A stretch of DNA of 64,000 nt from an uncultured virus (IMG/VR IMGVR_UViG_3300025881_001848) (Duplodnaviria; Heunggongvirae; Uroviricota; Caudoviricetes). How positions within the stretch are numbered: position 1 is the first letter of the stretch; each line of letters begins with the position of its first letter. Under the pieces are notes generated by a model. That model did not search any database, was not told where the DNA came from, and saw nothing but the letters and a program-made list of their open reading frames with translations. The stretch is taken from IMG/VR virus record IMGVR_UViG_3300025881_001848. One strand, 5' to 3'. The position numbers were made by a program, and so were the translations under genes. This document shows, piece after piece, positions 28,870 through 38,523 of this stretch.

Positions 28870-29091
28870 GTGGAGAAGTTATGCGATATTGAATTGGCGG
28901 ATGAGCACGCTTTATTGGCATTAAAAAATGAAGTTAATTTTCAAAATCCCTTCGGCATATCTTCTATCCAACGCCGCCTGAGATTTGGGTACAATCGCGC
29001 TGCTAGGTTGACGGAAAGACTACTGGAAAAGGGATGTATTGAAAGACCAGCTGAGAAAGAATGGATGTTTCAATTCACTAAAAAGGAATAA
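28870..29091 (+). CDS. Stand-alone FtsK gamma (winged-helix) domain protein
   Basis: GISSIQRRLRFGYNRAARLTERLLEKGCI matches the FtsK-gamma consensus S.S.LQR..RIGYNRAAR. Confidence 0.8.
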   Translation: MEKLCDIELADEHALLALKNEVNFQNPFGISSIQRRLRFGYNRAARLTERLLEKGCIERPAEKEWMFQFTKKE

Positions 29092-29096
29092 ATGAT

Positions 29097-29651
29097 ATGG
29101 GAAAAGCAACGCTAAAGCCTGTAGAAAAGGAGTACCAGTCATACCGATTCCAGTTCGAATTAGCTAATGATGTACGTGCAACGCTGGTGTATGACAATTC
29201 GGCAGAAGCCCATACCCTGAATTATGATTACACGTATCAACAAAAATCTGATAGAAAGTCGCTACTCACCATTATTCAACGTGTGCACACCAATTACTCA
29301 AATGGTGTTATTAATGATCAAATTGATGTGACTTATGAAATCGTCAACCATGAAAAAAGAGGTAAAAAATACCTTGCTGGATTAGATGTTTCACCTAATT
29401 CAAAAATATTCTTGGAGTTTAAATACGAACGCGATGATGATAAGTATGTGCTGACTGAGATAATAAAAGGGATGGACTTACTTTATGATAAGAGTGATGT
29501 GAAAAACAATAGCTTGGTCATGCTACGTGAGTCCCCAATCAATATAACGTCTGAGCTGATAATAGAGTTTGGTCGCTTTAATATTCCTTTATGCAAAACT
29601 GAAAGTGGCGAGTCAAAATTCATTTTATTGAGTGAGAATTACCAACAGTAA
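29097..29651 (+). CDS. Hypothetical protein
   Basis: 184-aa ORF. Confidence 0.65.
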   Translation: MGKATLKPVEKEYQSYRFQFELANDVRATLVYDNSAEAHTLNYDYTYQQKSDRKSLLTIIQRVHTNYSNGVINDQIDVTYEIVNHEKRGKKYLAGLDVSPNSKIFLEFKYERDDDKYVLTEIIKGMDLLYDKSDVKNNSLVMLRESPINITSELIIEFGRFNIPLCKTESGESKFILLSENYQQ

Positions 29652-29700
29652 GCTGCCCAATTTCACTCAAGATTAACTAAATCCGTTAGGGAGGAATAGA

Positions 29701-29898
29701 ATGACAGATTTAACCAAGCCAGATAGAGTTACTGGTAAATTCACAAGACTTATTAAACTATCAAAAGATGAAGATATTGATAAAAGATTTGCAAAAGGAT
29801 TCCCTGAACGGGCAAGAAAAAGAGAGGCTGTGCTTACCGAAAAAGCTAAAAAACAATCGCCTAATGCTGATTTCATGAATCGAGAATATACAATTTAA
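29701..29898 (+). CDS. Small hypothetical protein
   Basis: GGAGGA RBS. Confidence 0.55.
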   Translation: MTDLTKPDRVTGKFTRLIKLSKDEDIDKRFAKGFPERARKREAVLTEKAKKQSPNADFMNREYTI

Positions 29899-29963
29899 CC
29901 CATAGGGATAAATAATGAAAAGTCTAAAAAGCGTAATAGTGGACAACTAAAAGGTTATTTGAA

Positions 29964-30326
29964 ATGTCTAATGCAACTACAGCTAAAACGACATACCCTT
30001 TAGTGAAGAAAATCGCTGGGGTGAAAGTTCAGGAAGATGGAGGGTTAACTCGACCTGACCGGATTCATGATGTTAATGTTGCGGATTTCATCGTTGAAAT
30101 TGATAGGTCTTTTCTAGCTAAGTTAACGAATAGAGATGCGGCTGGCATGATTGAAGACGGGATCAAAGTCTGTAAAGACGAATTGAAAGCAAACGGTCTA
30201 AAAATAATGGGTTCTCATATGCGATCTCACCCACCCCAGGATGAGCCGCATATTACGGTGAGTGTCGTGGCTGATGAAATATTGAATACTATTGTTGATA
30301 ACATGAATAAAGTAACAATGGAGTAA
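29964..30326 (+). CDS. Hypothetical protein
   Basis: 120-aa ORF. Confidence 0.65.
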   Translation: MSNATTAKTTYPLVKKIAGVKVQEDGGLTRPDRIHDVNVADFIVEIDRSFLAKLTNRDAAGMIEDGIKVCKDELKANGLKIMGSHMRSHPPQDEPHITVSVVADEILNTIVDNMNKVTME

Positions 30327-31547
30327 ATGCTGATCGTGAATAACTCAACATCGACCTGTCAGTTTTTGACGCGTGACGCCTGTGTAGAAGCAGCAAAAGG
30401 GTTTTCATCTCGCGATGAATGGGAGTTGACAAGCCCTAAATCGTTTGAGTCGGCTTGTCAAAATGGTTGGATTGAGTATTGTCTTGCAAATATTGTGGTA
30501 AAAAATAAACGCGGAAAATGGACAAAAGATAAATGCTTGCTGTCCGCTAAAAACCATCAAACTAAAGCCGATTGGCGCAGGGCAGATCCTAACGCCGCTA
30601 AAGCAGCCGTTCATCATGATTGGTTTCATGAATGCACAGAACACATGTCCGCCCCCTTTCAATGGTCAAAGAGAGCTTGTATAGAATTAGCTAGTAAGCA
30701 CGAGACTCGACAAGCTTTTATAAAGTCTAACCCTTCAGCGCATGGGGCTGCAAGAAAAAAAGGTTGGCTAGATGACTGTTATAAGCACATGAAGGTACTT
30801 AAGAACCCTCTCGATAAAGAACATTGTTTGTCCACTGCTAAATCATGTAGGAATATATCCGATTGGCAAAAATACCATGGTGGCGCTTATCAAGCATCAA
30901 AAGATAACGGGTGGTTTGATGAGTGTACCGATCACATGCCCAAAAAGAATGTATGGGACAAAGACAAGTGTATTGCTTCCGCTAATTTACATAAAACGAA
31001 GCAAGAATGGAAGGATGCTGAAGGTGGTGCTTACCAAAGGGCATTTCGAAAAGGCTGGTTAGATGAATGTACTAAACACATGTATGGAAAAACCTCATGG
31101 ACTAAAAGTAAATGCGTTTCATCAGCAAAAGAATTTACGGTTTTAATCCATTGGGTAGCTGCTTACAGCGGAGCCTATGCGGCAGCAAAAAGGAACCTTT
31201 GGCTTGAAGAATGCACCGCACATATGAATAAAGTGAGGCGGTGGGACAAGGAATCTTGCATCGCGTCTGCAAAACAATTCACACAAATCACCCGATGGAT
31301 GGAGGTAGATGGCGGGGCGTATAATGCCGCCGCTAAAAATGGTTGGCTGGACAGATGCTGTGAGCATATGTCTAAGCTAACATTTTGGACACTGGAAAAA
31401 TGCCAGCAATCTGCATCTAATTTTACCCACCGGAAAAAATGGAGTATTGGGGATGCTAATGCTTATTCAGCCGCCGTAAGACACAATTGGTTAGAAAAAT
31501 GCTGTTCTCATATGCCCCAATACAGATCTACCCGTAAAAATAAATAA
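30327..31547 (+). CDS. Tandem repeat protein: 8 copies of an about 48-aa W-x4-C-x3-A...W...AY..A...GW...C..HM repeat
   Basis: Repeats visible in the translation. Confidence 0.8.
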   Translation: MLIVNNSTSTCQFLTRDACVEAAKGFSSRDEWELTSPKSFESACQNGWIEYCLANIVVKNKRGKWTKDKCLLSAKNHQTKADWRRADPNAAKAAVHHDWFHECTEHMSAPFQWSKRACIELASKHETRQAFIKSNPSAHGAARKKGWLDDCYKHMKVLKNPLDKEHCLSTAKSCRNISDWQKYHGGAYQASKDNGWFDECTDHMPKKNVWDKDKCIASANLHKTKQEWKDAEGGAYQRAFRKGWLDECTKHMYGKTSWTKSKCVSSAKEFTVLIHWVAAYSGAYAAAKRNLWLEECTAHMNKVRRWDKESCIASAKQFTQITRWMEVDGGAYNAAAKNGWLDRCCEHMSKLTFWTLEKCQQSASNFTHRKKWSIGDANAYSAAVRHNWLEKCCSHMPQYRSTRKNK

Positions 31548-31572
31548 TAGCTACCGCGAGAGAGGAATAAAT

Positions 31573-31809
31573 ATGTCTAGTCATGACGGATTCGCAAGTG
31601 AAGATGCTAAAGATTTGCATGACATTATGTTGCAATGTGAACAATTAAGATCGACTGCGAAGCTCGGTGTTGGTGTTTTATCAGGTACGGTAATAAAAAC
31701 CTTGAATGAAGCTGCCATAACAATCGAAAAACTTGCCCTCAAGTCTACTGCTACAGATAGTAATAAGAAAGGGCGAGATGGACAGTCGCAAGAGGAAAGG
31801 ATATGTTAA
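31573..31809 (+). CDS. Hypothetical protein
   Basis: GAGGA RBS. Confidence 0.55.
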   Translation: MSSHDGFASEDAKDLHDIMLQCEQLRSTAKLGVGVLSGTVIKTLNEAAITIEKLALKSTATDSNKKGRDGQSQEERIC

Positions 31810-32046
31810 CGGCTAAAACGCTCTTAAGCGCACTTTAAGGCGCTGTAACAACCAATTCAAGTAAGCCGTCGATTATTTTGTTTTATTTGTTTTGGGAGCT
31901 GCTGTGAACTTATAATCAACCGCGTGAAAGCCTTGGCCAGTGATATATTTTTCAAACCGCTGAATAACGGCTAAATATGAGTCATCAAAAGAATGATGAT
32001 CAATATGTCCTTTAGTGCCTACGTTCATTCTCTCTACCCATTATAC

Positions 32047-32520
32047 CTATGCTGCTTTCCTCGTTTGTGCGGCGATGGCCGGTTTTCGAGATTGCATGAC
32101 GTCTACTGCGTCTGTTTGGTTAAGCCCCATACGTAATAGTTCATTGTATCCTGATTGGTCTATATCGAAGTAGGCAAGCATATCTTTGACTTTTCCAAAG
32201 GCTTTACCATGAACAAGAACGGACTTACCCTGGTGCTGATGGGATGCTGTGCTAATAAGCTTATGTCCTTGCCAGCCAGCGCGTAACCGGCTTATGAAAG
32301 TGGGGCGGTTAATGCCGTAGTGCAGAGCTGCTTGTGTCGCATTGTCGAAGCGTTGCCCAAGGATGGTGAGTGATGTGTCACTGGGCGCAACATTTAACAC
32401 CTTGCCTGCCTGTTGTGCTATTAAACGGCTGGATAGGGTGGCGCGGTTAACGCCTAGTGCAATAGCGGCTTTTGTGACGGACGGGTAAGTGTGTCCATCA
32501 ATTACAACAGGTCTGGGCAT
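32047..32520 (-). CDS. Protein of three tandem NUMOD1-like HTH modules (putative DNA-binding)
   Basis: IDGHTYPSVTKAAIALGVNRATLSSRL / ILGQRFDNATQAALHYGINRPTFISRL / VHGKAFGKVKDMLAYFDI; start moved to 32520. Confidence 0.7.
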   Translation of the reverse strand: MPRPVVIDGHTYPSVTKAAIALGVNRATLSSRLIAQQAGKVLNVAPSDTSLTILGQRFDNATQAALHYGINRPTFISRLRAGWQGHKLISTASHQHQGKSVLVHGKAFGKVKDMLAYFDIDQSGYNELLRMGLNQTDAVDVMQSRKPAIAAQTRKAA

Positions 32521-32599
32521 GTGGTTTCCTAAAAGTAAGTAGTGATAGTACCAACTTAATAGATGTGCATCAAAGGAAAAAGGGCATATAACCCTTTTG

Positions 32600-33001
32600 T
32601 TATGGCTTATTCGCCAGATTTTCGTTATTAGCGTTTTCAATAATGCTGATGTGGGTTGCATCCAGTGTTTGCACTAAACTTGCAAGGGATGCTAATTGTT
32701 TAATGCGCACGTTAATAGGGTAATGTTCTGAAAGACGGCTGTCATTTACACGACCACCTGCTAAGTCAGCAATACTTTTCCATAGTTCAGTGACACCTTG
32801 AGTATCTTCATTCAGTTGGAAGTCCTTGCTTACTTTAATGTCAATAAGGTCAGCGTGATGAGTAGTGTTGGCCGTTGGCACCATTTCTACCCATGTGTTG
32901 TTGTAACCATCGTCGATGCGATCAGGTTTATCTATGCGGGTGGCACAAATTGAACCGTTACGGTTAAATGAAACCCATATACTGCTGGTTTGGATAGGCA
33001 T
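32600..33001 (-). CDS. Hypothetical protein
   Basis: 133-aa ORF, AAGGA RBS. Confidence 0.6.
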   Translation of the reverse strand: MPIQTSSIWVSFNRNGSICATRIDKPDRIDDGYNNTWVEMVPTANTTHHADLIDIKVSKDFQLNEDTQGVTELWKSIADLAGGRVNDSRLSEHYPINVRIKQLASLASLVQTLDATHISIIENANNENLANKP

Positions 33002-33010
33002 AGTATTTCC

Positions 33011-33232
33011 TTAGTGCTTAATGCTGGCGAAAGGGATAGAGGCGCTGCCGAAGTGGTAGCCGAATCTTCCTTTTCGAATGTTAGGTTTAACGATATCAGC
33101 GATACCGTTTGGATCAACGGCAAATTTCGTGTTGAGAGAATGTGTACTAGCATGGTGCTGTGCAAACGCCATGACGGGATCATTATGTGAATATTCTGAT
33201 GTCGTGTTAGCGGTTAAATCGTATAATCTCAT
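33011..33232 (-). CDS. Hypothetical protein
   Basis: Follows minus-strand repeated promoter (33289) and CACACACAAGG. Confidence 0.65.
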   Translation of the reverse strand: MRLYDLTANTTSEYSHNDPVMAFAQHHASTHSLNTKFAVDPNGIADIVKPNIRKGRFGYHFGSASIPFASIKH

Positions 33233-33289
33233 GGTACCACCTTGTGTGTGTTGAGATACGAATTATATATCATTATGATAATTTGTCAA

Positions 33290-33508
33290 TCAATTTTGAC
33301 TTTCAGTGCGAGCATTTCCATCCTCATCAATGGTTGTAATAGTAGCGTCAACCACACCATCTTTTGGCCAGACTTCATCTGCGTACTCAAACATAAGAAT
33401 TGTGGTGGTACATACTAATACCACGAAAAGCAATCTTCTAAGCCCGCTCACACGGTGTTCTTCTGGTTTGTCGCTAGTACCTAGCTCGTTACTGTTTTTA
33501 TTACTCAT
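33290..33508 (-). CDS. Small single-TM protein
   Basis: Hydrophobic stretch. Confidence 0.55.
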   Translation of the reverse strand: MSNKNSNELGTSDKPEEHRVSGLRRLLFVVLVCTTTILMFEYADEVWPKDGVVDATITTIDEDGNARTESQN

Positions 33509-33527
33509 ACTGGTATCCCTTGTTGTA

Positions 33528-33863
33528 TTAATAGCGATAGCCGCCTTTGCGTGTCCGGCTTGTATTGAACAGCATCATGACTTGATGGCCAGAAGGTACA
33601 TCAATATGTTTACCATATATTTCACCGGCTCCTGACATAAACTTGAACGGGTGGCGACTTGGGGCAATGCCAAATTCTTTCCAAGAATCCTCGGGTGCGG
33701 TAGGGCACTGATTTTTCCATGCGCGTTGCTCACGAAGGGGGAGTTCATCAAAACGTAGGCTGAGGATTTCTGATTCTTTGACATCGCAGATACGCTGCCA
33801 CCCTTTGTGTTTATCACAATAGGTTTTAGCGTGCCGTGCGGCATCATTAACGGAGTACTCCAT
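33528..33863 (-). CDS. Hypothetical protein
   Basis: Coupled to tmk (TAATG). Confidence 0.65.
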   Translation of the reverse strand: MEYSVNDAARHAKTYCDKHKGWQRICDVKESEILSLRFDELPLREQRAWKNQCPTAPEDSWKEFGIAPSRHPFKFMSGAGEIYGKHIDVPSGHQVMMLFNTSRTRKGGYRY

Positions 33864-34510
33864 TATCGGGCGACCGTTTGCTTAACCAGTTCCGCTATGT
33901 CGCGTTGTACTTCTTCAATAGGGCGGTTAGCATCAACTTTTACCATATTTGGAACAAGGTTGTCGCTTAACAACTCCAAGTAGCCTTGACGGGCTTTTTG
34001 GTAGAATTCCATGTCGTATATTTCCATACGATCAGCACTGTTATCGCCTCGCGCTTTTAAAATCCGCTCAAAGCCAATCTCAGGTGGGATATCCAGTAGA
34101 ATAACTAAATCAGGTGTGGGTTTATCGTTCATCACGAAATTATGGACTGTCCAGAATTTTTCATCAGTCAGTATGCCTAACCCTCGCAATTGGTAAGCGA
34201 ATCCCGTCATCCAACTTCTGTCTTGGATGATAGCAGTGTCGCCTTCCGCTAAAATGGGCATGATCATGTTCGTATAAAGTTGTTCACGTGCTGAGTACAG
34301 CATCATGATGTCTGTTTTAGGCGAGACAATCTCGTTTTCCCACACAGACTTGAAGATCCCGCGAATAGCTTCCGCTAATGGCGTTCCACCTGGCTCACGT
34401 GTTCGGTGGGTTGTAATGCCCATTTCTACAAGTGTTTTCTCAACAGTGTCACAAGTTAAGCCTTTCCCTGCGCCATCTAATCCTTCGATAATTATATGTG
34501 GGTTTTTCAT
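33863..34510 (-). CDS. tmk: Thymidylate kinase
   Basis: IIEGLDGAGK P-loop, TREPGGT, IQDRS, PDLVILLD, VDANRPIEEV. Confidence 0.92.
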   Translation of the reverse strand: MKNPHIIIEGLDGAGKGLTCDTVEKTLVEMGITTHRTREPGGTPLAEAIRGIFKSVWENEIVSPKTDIMMLYSAREQLYTNMIMPILAEGDTAIIQDRSWMTGFAYQLRGLGILTDEKFWTVHNFVMNDKPTPDLVILLDIPPEIGFERILKARGDNSADRMEIYDMEFYQKARQGYLELLSDNLVPNMVKVDANRPIEEVQRDIAELVKQTVAR

Positions 34511-34700
34511 AAATCTCTCGTGTTTACTTAGTCCATTAAGTATACTTCATTATGATAAATTGTCAATCATTTATATCATAAAAAGTATTAACGCAAAGCA
34601 AAGATGTCAATCACCTTCACAAGTTTGCGCCCGTCAAACCTATGCTATTTTACATAGCGTTCTTGCACCCTGATTTTATCATATTGCAAAAACAAGCGCT

Positions 34701-35729
34701 TTAAGCCGCAATTTTAACTTGGTTCCGACCGCCATCTTTAGCTTTGTATAACGCCCCATCAGCCCTTTCCACCATACTTTCAAGCGCATCACCTGCCACT
34801 TTTTTAGTTACCCCAAAAGATGCGGTGACATTTAACGTGACGCCATCTTTCTTCTGGCTTTTGAGATTTGTATTGGCAAGCTTTTTACATAAGGACTGTG
34901 CAACACTGTTAGCAGCATCAATATTAGCATTACGGCATAACACGGCGAACTCTTCACCTCCTAACCTAAAGGCGGTTAAACCACCGCCTTCGCATTCCCT
35001 ATTGAGAAATTTACCCACAAACTTAAGTACTTGGTCACCCAATACATGACCATACGTATCATTAAAGGATTTGAACTTATCGATATCCATCATGATCAAG
35101 CTAATGTCTTTGTCATCGTTCAAAGAGACGAAATCTTCATACACTGTATTAAACTGACGTCGGTTGTATAGACCCGTTAGAGGATCTTTAATAGCCTCTT
35201 CTCTACTTTCTTCAAGCTTCGCTTTTAGTGTGGCTATCTCAGATTGTGCTGACACTAAACATGTTTGAAATTTAGCATTAGACACACACAATGAATCAGC
35301 ATTAGCCTTTACTGTATTAAGCTCGGATATCAGCTCAGCATCCACCGCCTTACCAAGCACTTTGTCAACACCTTCCATCAGCACACTAGCAAAGCTATCG
35401 GACACCTTGGATGTTTCGTCCATAGAGTCAGATAAGCCCTCTACCACTTCTGAAAATTTATCATTTAGCAGCGAAAACTCTTGCTCCTTTGACTCATCAA
35501 CGTCGCTTACGTAAGTTGAAAAAAGTTCATTAGTGACGTTAGGTGGAAAAGTACCGTGTGCACCAATAGCGTTGTCCATCGCTACGTTGAGAGCCGGTTT
35601 CTGTTTAGAAAAATACGCATACCAAAGCGCGTAATTCAATGGGTTCGGTGGTATTTTGTGTTTAGCCATCATCGGTAGAGCTAGGCGCAAGTTGCTTGCG
35701 GCATAATCAGATGTGTCAAAAAGCTTCAT
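34701..35729 (-). CDS. Diguanylate cyclase (GGEEF), VdcA-like
   Basis: DPLTGLYNRR, DIDKFKSFNDTYGHVLGD, RLGGEEF, RADGALYKAKDGGRN; N-terminal P.P.NY.LWY.Y. Confidence 0.93.
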   Translation of the reverse strand: MKLFDTSDYAASNLRLALPMMAKHKIPPNPLNYALWYAYFSKQKPALNVAMDNAIGAHGTFPPNVTNELFSTYVSDVDESKEQEFSLLNDKFSEVVEGLSDSMDETSKVSDSFASVLMEGVDKVLGKAVDAELISELNTVKANADSLCVSNAKFQTCLVSAQSEIATLKAKLEESREEAIKDPLTGLYNRRQFNTVYEDFVSLNDDKDISLIMMDIDKFKSFNDTYGHVLGDQVLKFVGKFLNRECEGGGLTAFRLGGEEFAVLCRNANIDAANSVAQSLCKKLANTNLKSQKKDGVTLNVTASFGVTKKVAGDALESMVERADGALYKAKDGGRNQVKIAA

Positions 35730-35781
35730 GTTGTGTGCCTTCAGGTAAATTTAATATGTGTTTAGTGATTGTACAGTGTAC

Positions 35782-36315
35782 CTAACAGCCATCTGTTTCA
35801 TAGGTGATGACAGGTGCTGCGCCAACGCCGGTAGAAGACCTATAAATAAGGTGGCATTTTTTATCTAAAAAGGGTCGTTGGTTGACGTAAGCCCCACTTC
35901 TTCCCATGGCTTTCTCTGTTCCTACGTAAAATACCTCTTGATTATAAAGTGTAGACCACGAATATTCAGTTTTAAAGTCATCACTCATTGCCTCTGATAT
36001 CCCGCCAGTGCGACTCCCGCTTGGGTAACCGTAGGTAGTTTGTACATCATTGGTGCCATCACCATCTAAGTCAACGCCACTACTAGCTAACTTGTGGGTG
36101 CCTGCAATAACCGATTTAGCGTAAACTAAGTTGCCAGCCGATTTCATCGCTCCGCCAAGTGATTTAAGTACAGCTTTGTTTGCATCACTGCTCATATCTA
36201 TAAAGCGAGGGGCAGCAGTCACGGCCAGTATACCTAATATAACGATAACAATGATTAACTCAATTAGTGTAAAGCCATTTTGGGCACGGTTACGCCCTGT
36301 GTTGCTAGGTAACAT
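35782..36315 (-). CDS. Type IV prepilin, MSHA MshA-like
   Basis: QNG|FTLIELIIVIVILGILAVTAAPRF, YGYP motif, C-terminal Cys pair. Confidence 0.88.
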   Translation of the reverse strand: MLPSNTGRNRAQNGFTLIELIIVIVILGILAVTAAPRFIDMSSDANKAVLKSLGGAMKSAGNLVYAKSVIAGTHKLASSGVDLDGDGTNDVQTTYGYPSGSRTGGISEAMSDDFKTEYSWSTLYNQEVFYVGTEKAMGRSGAYVNQRPFLDKKCHLIYRSSTGVGAAPVITYETDGC

Positions 36316-36693
36316 TCCATTACTCCGGTGTAAAAACGAAAGATCCTTTTAATCCCACAACAGGTGGTTTTAAGTGCTCTTATTCATATTATATTTGTGA
36401 AGTTTCATATTAATTCAAAATGATAAGTAAAGCAAAATATATTGGTTATAAGTTCACATACCTATGTATGACGAAATATTCGTCACCATTATCAGACAGG
36501 ATTAAATGGTGGTAGTGGCTCATATATATAGCATTTTTAGAGTGCTAAATATTATCATAATGAGAATGGTTGCTTTTAAGCCAAGCAGAATCAATAAAAA
36601 TGATTGTCAACGGTAGGGGTTTAATGTAAAGTTAATGCCTCACATAACACGCCTAATACGTAGGCGAACACAGATGATTGGAACTAATCACTA

Positions 36694-38478
36694 TTGATTA
36701 GCCCCGATATTAAAGGATTTATTGTGCCTATAACAGAAGTAAGTCAGTGCGTTCAATCAGCCGCACGTTTTGATAGTATTGAATGCTGGTATAAAGTTGT
36801 CCCTGATATTGCTCATTCAGCGTTAACACTAGGTTGTATGACGAAGTGTTTTAACGCAATAGAAGTGGCGAAAGCCGAAATGGAAGCCATTAGGCGAAAA
36901 GATGATTTTTTACGAGCTGCATTTTTAATTACCCCTGACAGGATCAGAGGGAATAAGAAGCTGCTTGGCGTTAAGGATGCGCTGCTACGGGAGGCTTTAG
37001 AGATCACTGTGGAAGATGTGCGGGGCAACTCTTCGCGCTATCAGGCGGCGATTGACCTATTGCGAAGCGCTAGCCCTAATCAATCTGATAATCCATTTGT
37101 CGAAGAAATTATTGCAGATGAGATTTTAAAGAGCGGAAAAGATAGCGATAAAGAAGTATTAGATATACTCAATGCAGATATACCCGATAAACAGGCGTCC
37201 GATGTTTTCCTCAAAGAGTTGCAAGAAACACATAATACTTTATCAAAATGCAAGTCAGGTAAATTACCTTCAACATCTAATGGTAAAGATGACTTGTCCC
37301 ATATCCCTAGTCAAGAACACACGCAAAACGTAAAAAAGGCGTTGCAGTTAGCAAATGCCGCGTGCGAAATTGAAGACAAAAAACCAAAGGCATCAAGTAC
37401 TTCGAAGACCATCAAAAAAGCGCCCGTGATATTGGCGTCTGACGGGGCAGAACAAGAATCATCTGCCCATAGTGCTTCAGTTACAACATTGGAAGATAAT
37501 GAGGGCGATAGACCCTCTTACTCAATTGATGAATGTAGGGCTATTAGTAAACAGTTCTCGACGCAAGAAGCATGGCGGGTGACTGATGTGGAGTCTTACT
37601 TGTTCGCTCAAAAAGAGGGGTGGTTATCGTTATTTGGGCTTGGTAAAATTAAGACTAAAGCCATTAAAAAGCGCAGGCGAAGTGGTTCGCCAAGGTTTAG
37701 GGTTCCAAGCGAAATACTGAATCCGTCCCCGCAAAAAGAGCTTGTGTCTGCGGAAGCTATCATAGATAAACCCATAGCAAATGCTGAGCCGGTTGTCGAA
37801 AAGTTAGTTGAAGCGACCCCTATATTATCAGCGGTATCGAGAGCGAAGTCTTCGCCTAAGTCTGCGACCGTCACGATTGCTAAAAAGGTTGTTAAAGACA
37901 AGCCTGTAGTGACGGCTGATATTAAGGCTGCCACTAGCCCAGTAAAAGAAGTCAAAGATGAGATTGTAAAAGTACCTAAAGTAAAGAAAATCACCAAAGC
38001 TGCGTGTTTAAAAGATGCCAAGAACTTTGCGTCTGCCGATGCGTGGAATAAAGCCAGTCCGTTGACGTTTAAAGCGGCTTTTGAGCACGGAGTTTATGAC
38101 TACTGCGTCGCTCATATGAGGCCTAAATGGACACCAGAGGCGTGTTTATTATCAGCAAAACTATATAACACCGTCCAAGAATGGCAAAAATCACACGCCA
38201 GTGCTCGCACTGCTGCCTTTAGATTGGGTAACTACGACGCATGCACAGCGCATATGTCCGAGATTGGAAGGCGTAAAAGAAAAAAGGTCGTGAAAAAGAC
38301 GCCCGTTAGCTTCATTCCTTCTACTCGCAGTGAGGTATTCGTTATTGCGAGTGAGTACAACACGGTAGATGATTGGCAAAAAGGCCACCCTGAATCATTT
38401 AACCAGGCGAAGGCATTAAGTTGTAAAAGTCATTGCGTGAAGTTGATTAGGGATAATGCGAAGCGATTGTCTAAATAA
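36694..38478 (+). CDS. Hypothetical protein with about 4 copies of the Trp/Cys repeat seen in 30327..31547
   Basis: ITKAACLKDAK...CVAHM and WTPEACLLSAK...CTAHM; start uncertain. Confidence 0.75.
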   Translation: MISPDIKGFIVPITEVSQCVQSAARFDSIECWYKVVPDIAHSALTLGCMTKCFNAIEVAKAEMEAIRRKDDFLRAAFLITPDRIRGNKKLLGVKDALLREALEITVEDVRGNSSRYQAAIDLLRSASPNQSDNPFVEEIIADEILKSGKDSDKEVLDILNADIPDKQASDVFLKELQETHNTLSKCKSGKLPSTSNGKDDLSHIPSQEHTQNVKKALQLANAACEIEDKKPKASSTSKTIKKAPVILASDGAEQESSAHSASVTTLEDNEGDRPSYSIDECRAISKQFSTQEAWRVTDVESYLFAQKEGWLSLFGLGKIKTKAIKKRRRSGSPRFRVPSEILNPSPQKELVSAEAIIDKPIANAEPVVEKLVEATPILSAVSRAKSSPKSATVTIAKKVVKDKPVVTADIKAATSPVKEVKDEIVKVPKVKKITKAACLKDAKNFASADAWNKASPLTFKAAFEHGVYDYCVAHMRPKWTPEACLLSAKLYNTVQEWQKSHASARTAAFRLGNYDACTAHMSEIGRRKRKKVVKKTPVSFIPSTRSEVFVIASEYNTVDDWQKGHPESFNQAKALSCKSHCVKLIRDNAKRLSK

Positions 38479-38494
38479 TAACGGCAACAAAAAT

Positions 38495-38523
38495 AAAGGG
38501 CGCTAAATTTAGCGCCCTTTTTC
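38495..38523. terminator. Bidirectional Rho-independent terminator
   Basis: AAAGGGCGCTAAATTTAGCGCCCTTTTT between convergent genes. Confidence 0.8.
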
